Below, piece after piece: positions 58,459 through 64,000 of a stretch of DNA of 64,000 bases. Below the pieces are notes generated by a model. The model saw nothing but the letters and a program-made list of their open reading frames with translations. It searched no databases and was not told the DNA's origin. The translations under genes and the position numbers were made by a program. The DNA comes from an uncultured Pseudomonadales bacterium (GTDB lineage Bacteria; Patescibacteriota; Microgenomatia; UBA1400; PJMF01). Within the stretch, counting starts at the first letter, position 1; each line of letters starts with the position of its first letter. The stretch is taken from assembly GCA_964625685.1 (NCBI GenBank), contig CAZVBO010000003.1, positions 64,298-128,297 of the forward strand. The letters run 5' to 3'.

Positions 58459-58746
58459 TTAGTATCTAAATACTTCCTTTAGAATCTCATCCAAATCACC
58501 CAGCCGGCGTTCTTTGGAACAATGACTGGCTTCACTGGTCAGTAAGTCCCGAGCCACTCGGCCCAGCGAACTGCGAGCCGCAATCACTTGCCGCACAATA
58601 TCCACACAGGCTCTTTCATCTTCATACATCTTAATCACGCCGTCAAGCTGACCTCGGATTCTCTTGAGTTGAGTCAGCGTTTGATCAGAACTTGCAGCCG
58701 GCGAGTTTTTAGCAGCCGTTAATTTCAGTTTCATCATGGCTCTCAT
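58459..58746 (-). CDS. CsoR/RcnR-family (DUF156) metal-sensing repressor
   Basis: ...LKRIRGQLDGVIKMYEDERACVDIVRQVIAARSSLGRVARDLL..SHC. Confidence 0.55.
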   Translation of the reverse strand: MRAMMKLKLTAAKNSPAASSDQTLTQLKRIRGQLDGVIKMYEDERACVDIVRQVIAARSSLGRVARDLLTSEASHCSKERRLGDLDEILKEVFRY

Positions 58747-58789
58747 GATACCCCTAGGGGGTATGTAGTGTCAATGGGAAAAGGGGCGA

Positions 58790-60571
58790 TTAGTTTTTGC
58801 GTTTTAATAACACAATTTGTTTTAATAGCTCAGATTGGCGAGCTTCTTCTTGAGGAGTTTTTTCAGCCTTAGCATCCAGCTGATCCAGTTCATGAGTGAT
58901 CTGAGCCACTGCTTCTGCCACTGAGAGCGCCTTCAAATCTTTGAGGGTGTTATCCCACTCTTTCTCGAGGTCTAATTCATCGACAATTTCAATATAGTCA
59001 GGCTGAAGATAAACTTCAGACACCAACTGTTGTTGATCTTCTGGCAGTTGCTTCATAAACTGGGTCAAATCAAAGCTACTAGACTGCTTTTCTAAAGTTT
59101 GAACCAGTGGTTTGACACCTATTTTTTTCCATCGCAAATTTTTTAGTTCAGATACTCGATGAGTCTCAAACGGCATTCGAAAGAATAAGAAGAGAATATA
59201 ACTTTCCAGTCTTTCCCGGCGAGTTTGAGGCTGGTCTTTTTCCACTGGTTCAACTGAAGTAGCAGCTTTTTTAGAACTAGCAAAAAGCGTCGTTTTATCT
59301 TTAAAGGTGTCAATATCTTTCCGCACCACTTCATCTTTGACTCCCAAAACTTGAGCCAACTTTTTAATGTAAAAATCTTGTTCCACCGCATGAGGAATAC
59401 TGCCAAAGATAGGTGCTAACTCATCAATGATTTGCCGTTTTCCTTCTGGAGTTTGGGTGCCATATTGATTGACTGCATTTTGCAAAAAGAATTCGTAGAC
59501 CGAGACAGAAGTTTTGGTGGCTTCTCGCCACGCTTTCGGATCAGTTTTGGCTAGCTCATCCGGATCTTTACCTGAGGGTAACTTCAAAACTCGTAGCTCA
59601 ATTTCAAACTCGCGAGCTAAAGTAATGGCTCTCTTGGTTGCTTCTCGGCCAGCACTATCCATGTCGAGACTTAACAATACTTTTTTGACCGTTCGCCGCA
59701 GTAACTGCAATTGTTCTCGAGTCAAAGCCGAACCTTTAATCGCTACAATCTGATTCACATGCGCCTGAGTCGAGGAAATAACATCTAGTTCTCCCTCAGC
59801 CACAATTACTTCCTGAGCTTGACGAATGTGCTGGTAGAGCTGAGAGTAGCCAAACAACAATTCTGACTTGTGATACAGCATCGTTTCCGGACTATTAATA
59901 TACTTAGCTTCTTTAACATCTTTTTTCAAAGTCCGACCAGAAAAGCCAACAATTTGCCCTCGAGCATTAGTCAGTGGAAACATGACTCGATCTCGAAATC
60001 GATCGTAATACCGACCATTTCGGCCTTTAATAATCAAACCAGCCGCTTCTAAATCAGCTAAACTATACTTTTTCTTTTGATGCAAGTATTTAATTAAGCC
60101 ATCCCAACCAGGCAAAGCATACCCCATCTGGAAAATTTTGATCGATTCTTTGACAATTCCCCGTTGATGGAGATACTCCCGGGCTGGTTCACCTGCCGGG
60201 TGAGTGGTTAGTAGATAGTGATAGTATTCTTTGGTTAAATCTAAAATATCCAGCAGTCGTTCTCTTTGTTCGTCCTGAGGAGTAGCTTGATAGTCTTTGA
60301 GCTCAATCCCGGCCCGATCAGCTAAATACTTCAAACTTTCGTAAAAGCTCATCCCTTCATACTTTTCTAAAAAGTTAAATACATCACCTGATTCTCCACA
60401 GCCAAAACAGCGATAGCGTTGGAGCTGTTCATTCACAAAAAAAGAGGGTGACTTTTCACTATGAAAAGGACACAATCCTTTGTAATTGACTCCAGATCGT
60501 TTGAGTTCAACTCGCTCCCCAATGATCTGGACGATATCGCTGGCATCTTTGACTTGTTTGGCTTGGGACAT
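58790..60571 (-). CDS. dnaG: DNA primase
   Basis: Zinc-binding CPFHSEKSPSF...CFGCGESGD and TOPRIM EGELDVIS...DMDSAG. 593 aa. Confidence 0.9.
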   Translation of the reverse strand: MSQAKQVKDASDIVQIIGERVELKRSGVNYKGLCPFHSEKSPSFFVNEQLQRYRCFGCGESGDVFNFLEKYEGMSFYESLKYLADRAGIELKDYQATPQDEQRERLLDILDLTKEYYHYLLTTHPAGEPAREYLHQRGIVKESIKIFQMGYALPGWDGLIKYLHQKKKYSLADLEAAGLIIKGRNGRYYDRFRDRVMFPLTNARGQIVGFSGRTLKKDVKEAKYINSPETMLYHKSELLFGYSQLYQHIRQAQEVIVAEGELDVISSTQAHVNQIVAIKGSALTREQLQLLRRTVKKVLLSLDMDSAGREATKRAITLAREFEIELRVLKLPSGKDPDELAKTDPKAWREATKTSVSVYEFFLQNAVNQYGTQTPEGKRQIIDELAPIFGSIPHAVEQDFYIKKLAQVLGVKDEVVRKDIDTFKDKTTLFASSKKAATSVEPVEKDQPQTRRERLESYILFLFFRMPFETHRVSELKNLRWKKIGVKPLVQTLEKQSSSFDLTQFMKQLPEDQQQLVSEVYLQPDYIEIVDELDLEKEWDNTLKDLKALSVAEAVAQITHELDQLDAKAEKTPQEEARQSELLKQIVLLKRKN

Positions 60572-60574
60572 GGT

Positions 60575-60624
60575 TTAATGATTAATGTTTATTGGTTATT
60601 GATTATTGATTATTGTTTAATTTC
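60575..60624. repeat. Heptad (CAATAAT-like)n tract abutting the dnaG start codon
   Basis: Gene-sense ATTAAACAATAATCAATAATCAATAACCAATAAACATTAATCATTAAACC-ATG. No Shine-Dalgarno sequence. Confidence 0.6.
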
Positions 60625-61033
60625 ACAATCTCAAGATGTTAGTTTTTTTCCCTTAACTTGGAATTTGCCTGCCTGCGCAGACAGGTTTGGATTTTGGAAT
60701 TTGGAATTTATAGCCTCATTATCAAGTATACCTTATTTCTTGCAACTAACAATCAAAACCCGAATGGAAAAGCAAGTGATTAGTGTCTAATGTTTAATGG
60801 TTAATGACAAATCCCCTTTTTCTAAAAGGGGCATCAAGTGAGTGAAACGAACCTGATGGGGCATTTCAGTAATGGCTTAAACACCTCTGTCTCGCTATCG
60901 CTAGACTTCTCCTCTTTGATAAGAGGAGATTTTCTATTTATTCTTCGCATACCATTCACAACTGACACGAAATACTGGCACTAATCACTAACCAATAAAC
61001 AATAACCATTCGCTTCCCTGTTATAATGAAGGT

Positions 61034-61387
61034 ATGTCTAAAAAGAAACGCAATCAACAAAACCCTGCCTTCGCTACCCCTTTCGGCAAATACTTTAAAC
61101 TGCTGGATGAAGTCGACAAGGGTCAACGTTACTCTAAAGAATTTGGCTCCATCCTGATTTTGGGACTGGTTGAAGAAATTGGCGAGATGGCTCGAGCCTA
61201 CTTAGCTAAGCATGGTCGTAAAAAAACCAATCTAGCAGCTCAAGCTGATGAAACTTATGAGCAAGAACTCGGTGATATCTTACTGACCATTATTCGGTTT
61301 GCCCGCGTTAAGAAAATTAATCTCGATGAACGCATCATGTATTCACTCCAAAAAATCGAAAAACGGAAAACCGAACCGAAACGATAG
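61034..61387 (+). CDS. MazG-like nucleoside triphosphate pyrophosphohydrolase family protein
   Basis: EExGE...A....E.GD.LL pattern: LVEEIGEMARAYL...ELGDILLTII. Confidence 0.5.
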   Translation: MSKKKRNQQNPAFATPFGKYFKLLDEVDKGQRYSKEFGSILILGLVEEIGEMARAYLAKHGRKKTNLAAQADETYEQELGDILLTIIRFARVKKINLDERIMYSLQKIEKRKTEPKR

Positions 61388-61514
61388 AGAATTTTTTGCA
61401 GCTAATGACTACCTAATTAGTTCAAAGTATATCAATCCCTCGAGGTTTGTCAATAACTTTGGGAAGAATTGCTGGTTTAGATTTTTCAAAAAAGGAATCC
61501 TTTGAATAATCAGA

Positions 61515-63245
61515 TTATAATCCGATACTTTGGATTGAATTTGCAATTGCTTGTGCTAACGCTATGTGTCCATCCGGGTTCGGATGTATACCATCAACAG
61601 TATGGGAAGCTCCATCATCATCTGCTTTGAGTATAACTCTTTCGTCAGCCACTACATGAGCCCAATTACGACCTGAAATAACTTGTGGAATATAGGTGTC
61701 TCCTATGCTATCCCAAAGAGAATCGCTTCCCCTTCTCCATGGTTTTACTATTCCTATTTTTGCGTTTGGCTCGAAAACGTGAGCGGTATCTAGCAAATAC
61801 TGATAGTCTGTAACCCACTGAGCTTCATTTCCAGACAAATTTGCTGAATCATTAACACCTAGACTAAAAATAATCCAATTGGTCCCATGATATCGACTTG
61901 CAAAATCGTCATTAATAACCGAAGTGAACTTTAAACTACCTGTCGTGCCGTAGTTAACTCCGTAAGAATTTCTTCCATCGCGCAATGGGAATTCATTCCA
62001 AACTAAACCAGTAGAAGATGTTAGTAAATCGCGAGTACGAGCAGCAAAACCATTTTCATATTGAGGATATGTATTTGTATCATCCCCACTTCCAACTGTT
62101 TTGCTATCACCAATAAACAAAATACCTTTATCAACAGTAGAGGTACCAGTGTATAGATCAACAAAAAGAGGAAAACACTGCAGTTCAGATCCTGCATGGC
62201 TTACCTTTACTCCAGTCGCCATAAAATTACTACGAGCATTATTATATTCAACCTTAAAAGTGGTGTTTACATAGACTCTGATTGCATAACGATCCAATTC
62301 AGCCCAAACTCTATATGTTGTGCCACTTGTCCAAGTATGGGAGGTGCTGGCACGTTCTGTTTCAGTACCACTAGATTTCTCGATGATTTTGATAGTACTA
62401 TTTGCCTGATCCATTCTAATTATCCAGCAATTATTATCATCGGTTTGTCTGACTATTAGTTCCTGAGTAATGCCTGTTTGCGCAGTAATTGTGTGATAGA
62501 TTTGCGCATCAGCTTTACTTGTTGCTGTGTCGTTGTCGACGGTTGTTGGTTTTCGACTCGTAACAATACCAAAGCGATCACGAAAGTTAGAAGGTAGTCT
62601 AGTTGTAACACCAATCTGCTGAAATTTTAATGGACGATTAACGTCGTTAAAACGCCATCTGATATTAGCTGCTGTTTGAGTTTCATTTACATGGGATAGT
62701 GTCCACTTACTTTCACCAATGAAACGTTTAAAGTAGAATGCACCAGGAAAACGACTTACTATCAGCTGTTCACAAATTGTTGGTTTGCTAGTGTATACAC
62801 CATTAATCTGCCCCCATGCCTTCCTGTCGTCAACGTTTTGGGCGCGAAAATTATTATAGTACTGAGTGAAGTACATCAAATCAGTGCTTGAGGCGTTAAT
62901 ATCGCTATCAAAACCTAAAAAACCATTTGAACGACGTGCATCCCAAATTTTAACTCTTGCATACGCAGCTATACCTATCTGGTTAGAAAATTCTGCGCTA
63001 TGAATTTCAGGATCGTTATATGATAGATAAATAGTATCTTCCCGTTCTAGCTCATTATTGTTGATGTTATAGAGAGCAGTCGAATCATTTATATTCAAAC
63101 TACCCAATTCAACATATGGTGATCCTAAAACTCCATTGATGCTATTATCATCTGGTCCCTGAAATGAAGCCGAAAGTAAATTAAAAATTAACCTTTTTTG
63201 ACCTGTTTTAGTCGCGAAATTAACTCTTTGTCTTGCTAGTTTCAT
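61515..63245 (-). CDS. Large secreted/surface protein with a C-terminal SGNH/GDSL hydrolase domain
   Basis: GDSKTVGSGDD (block I), GVNDSANL (block III), DGIHPNPDGH (block V). The N-terminal ~360 aa are beta-rich and unassigned. Confidence 0.5.
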   Translation of the reverse strand: MKLARQRVNFATKTGQKRLIFNLLSASFQGPDDNSINGVLGSPYVELGSLNINDSTALYNINNNELEREDTIYLSYNDPEIHSAEFSNQIGIAAYARVKIWDARRSNGFLGFDSDINASSTDLMYFTQYYNNFRAQNVDDRKAWGQINGVYTSKPTICEQLIVSRFPGAFYFKRFIGESKWTLSHVNETQTAANIRWRFNDVNRPLKFQQIGVTTRLPSNFRDRFGIVTSRKPTTVDNDTATSKADAQIYHTITAQTGITQELIVRQTDDNNCWIIRMDQANSTIKIIEKSSGTETERASTSHTWTSGTTYRVWAELDRYAIRVYVNTTFKVEYNNARSNFMATGVKVSHAGSELQCFPLFVDLYTGTSTVDKGILFIGDSKTVGSGDDTNTYPQYENGFAARTRDLLTSSTGLVWNEFPLRDGRNSYGVNYGTTGSLKFTSVINDDFASRYHGTNWIIFSLGVNDSANLSGNEAQWVTDYQYLLDTAHVFEPNAKIGIVKPWRRGSDSLWDSIGDTYIPQVISGRNWAHVVADERVILKADDDGASHTVDGIHPNPDGHIALAQAIANSIQSIGL

Positions 63246-63249
63246 AATG

Positions 63250-63687
63250 TTAGCTCATATTCTGGCCAGACAAAAAGCCAAACCAATTAGTACCGTCAGG
63301 AGAGAAAAAACCAATAACATCAATCGCCCCTATTGCGGTTGAGAGAGTAGGATCATTGCCATTATCCCATTTCACTTCTGAAGGCCAGGTGATAGTATAA
63401 CTACCAGAACCACCTTGTTTCACAACTACAGTCAGTGATTGTCCAGCCACAGCAGTGGGGAAAGTAAGAGTACAATTTTGAGTTAGAGTTAAATAATGAA
63501 TTCCAGCACTGGTTGGTGCTGGCAGAGTATAAGAAGCACCTGCATCTGATTGAGTATTCACGACATCAGTAACAAGTCCAGTGGAAAGACCATGGGTTCC
63601 ATCTGAGTTATGCTCAACTTCCAGAAACTCATTTAAAACTGTTCCCCAGTTGCCATCATCTCCATTTACGGTTGGTAGTCTTGCCAT
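63250..63687 (-). CDS. Hypothetical protein (145 aa), possible surface or structural partner of the SGNH protein
   Basis: ORF 5 nt upstream of the SGNH gene. Gly/Thr-rich. Confidence 0.35.
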   Translation of the reverse strand: MARLPTVNGDDGNWGTVLNEFLEVEHNSDGTHGLSTGLVTDVVNTQSDAGASYTLPAPTSAGIHYLTLTQNCTLTFPTAVAGQSLTVVVKQGGSGSYTITWPSEVKWDNGNDPTLSTAIGAIDVIGFFSPDGTNWFGFLSGQNMS

Positions 63688-63743
63688 ACTTTAATGATTA
63701 TTGGCTAATGGTTAATGGTTAATCCTACCAATGCTGATAGGAT

Positions 63744-63947
63744 TTAAGCACCATAGGGACCAGAGCCAAAACCTCCTCTTACTAACTTTGACTGTTTTTT
63801 ATTGTTGTTTACTAAATTCGGGTCTGAGATGGTACTCATTAAACTTGAAATTCCCGTGATAGCAAGCATCAGTAACCCTAAGTGAAGTAAGAATTCTCTC
63901 CTGGTCATTTGCTTGGTCAATAATTCATCAAAGGAAAATATTTTCAT
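63744..63947 (-). CDS. Small protein with a twin-arginine (RREFLLHLG) signal-like N-terminus
   Basis: MTRREFLLHLGLLMLAITGISS. Confidence 0.3.
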   Translation of the reverse strand: MKIFSFDELLTKQMTRREFLLHLGLLMLAITGISSLMSTISDPNLVNNNKKQSKLVRGGFGSGPYGA

Positions 63948-64000
63948 CTTCCTTCACTATAGTATAGAGTGAAAATCACAGTCAAGCGGGGAAAATCATG

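Noticed and set aside
58289-60624. The TAATG heptad tracts as a CRISPR array
   Set aside because: The units are 7 bp with no unique spacers of about 30 bp and no adjacent cas genes. They are simple tandem repeats.

Overview
This is a bacterial window of about 64 kb with mixed base composition: core-like genes run about 45-50% GC and the accessory stretches about 30-38% GC. I could not assign a lineage from sequence alone.

Reading left to right:

- A long minus-strand PEP-utilizing enzyme gene runs off the 5' window edge. It resembles PEP synthase / rifampicin-phosphotransferase proteins, with the conserved His-domain motif near its C-terminus.
- A slightly GC-richer two-gene block follows: a polytopic membrane protein and tryptophanyl-tRNA synthetase. 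Each is preceded by a copy of the same GTTGCC-GAT(T/A)-GGCAAC palindrome.
- Positions 6.1-24.5 kb are AT-rich accessory, mobile-like DNA:
  - a SMODS-like nucleotidyltransferase with an overlapping 2-TM (SLATT-like) gene;
  - an Ltp-family superinfection-exclusion-like protein and an XRE regulator;
  - a PrimPol-type replication protein and a large serine recombinase with an adjacent imperfect inverted repeat;
  - a tightly coupled five-gene minus-strand operon: Dam-family N6-adenine methyltransferase, ParB-like protein, small PD-(D/E)xK-motif protein, SNF2 helicase, second ParB-like protein. This operon is my top candidate for an undescribed restriction/defence module.
  - a Zn-ribbon + RNase H gene.
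- Positions 24.6-48.5 kb are a metal / thiol-redox island:
  - XRE and ArsR regulators and an OmpR/histidine-kinase two-component system;
  - three DUF1573 CxC proteins, one fused to rhodanese, plus a CcdA/DsbD-like membrane protein;
  - a CopB-type (CPH-motif) copper ATPase with a His-rich N-terminus and CPMHP...CPKCGM metal-binding domain;
  - two Met/Gly-rich paralogs, an intact DUF302 gene and a frameshifted DUF302 copy, and a YHS protein;
  - a cation diffusion facilitator, a SAM methyltransferase, a second P1B ATPase (APC motif) and an ArsR repressor;
  - three DsbA-like thioredoxin-fold proteins and a SufS-like cysteine desulfurase;
  - an M56 (BlaR1-like) / BlaI-CopY-like pair.
- Positions 49-52 kb: an HTH protein, a second large serine recombinase whose 3' end overlaps a minus-strand tRNA-Asn(GTT), a degenerate duplicate of the tRNA 5' half, and a GIY-YIG gene.
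- Positions 52-64 kb are core genes: rpoD, gdhA, malic enzyme, trxB, a DUF559 endonuclease-fold gene, trxA, a CsoR-like repressor, dnaG, a MazG-like gene, and an SGNH-domain surface protein.
- Intergenic repeat families are concentrated in the core segment: heptad (CAnTAAy)n tracts directly upstream of several start codons, two families of structured elements flanking the trxA-csoR-dnaG segment, and three copies of a GC-rich palindrome.

No CRISPR array or rRNA was seen.
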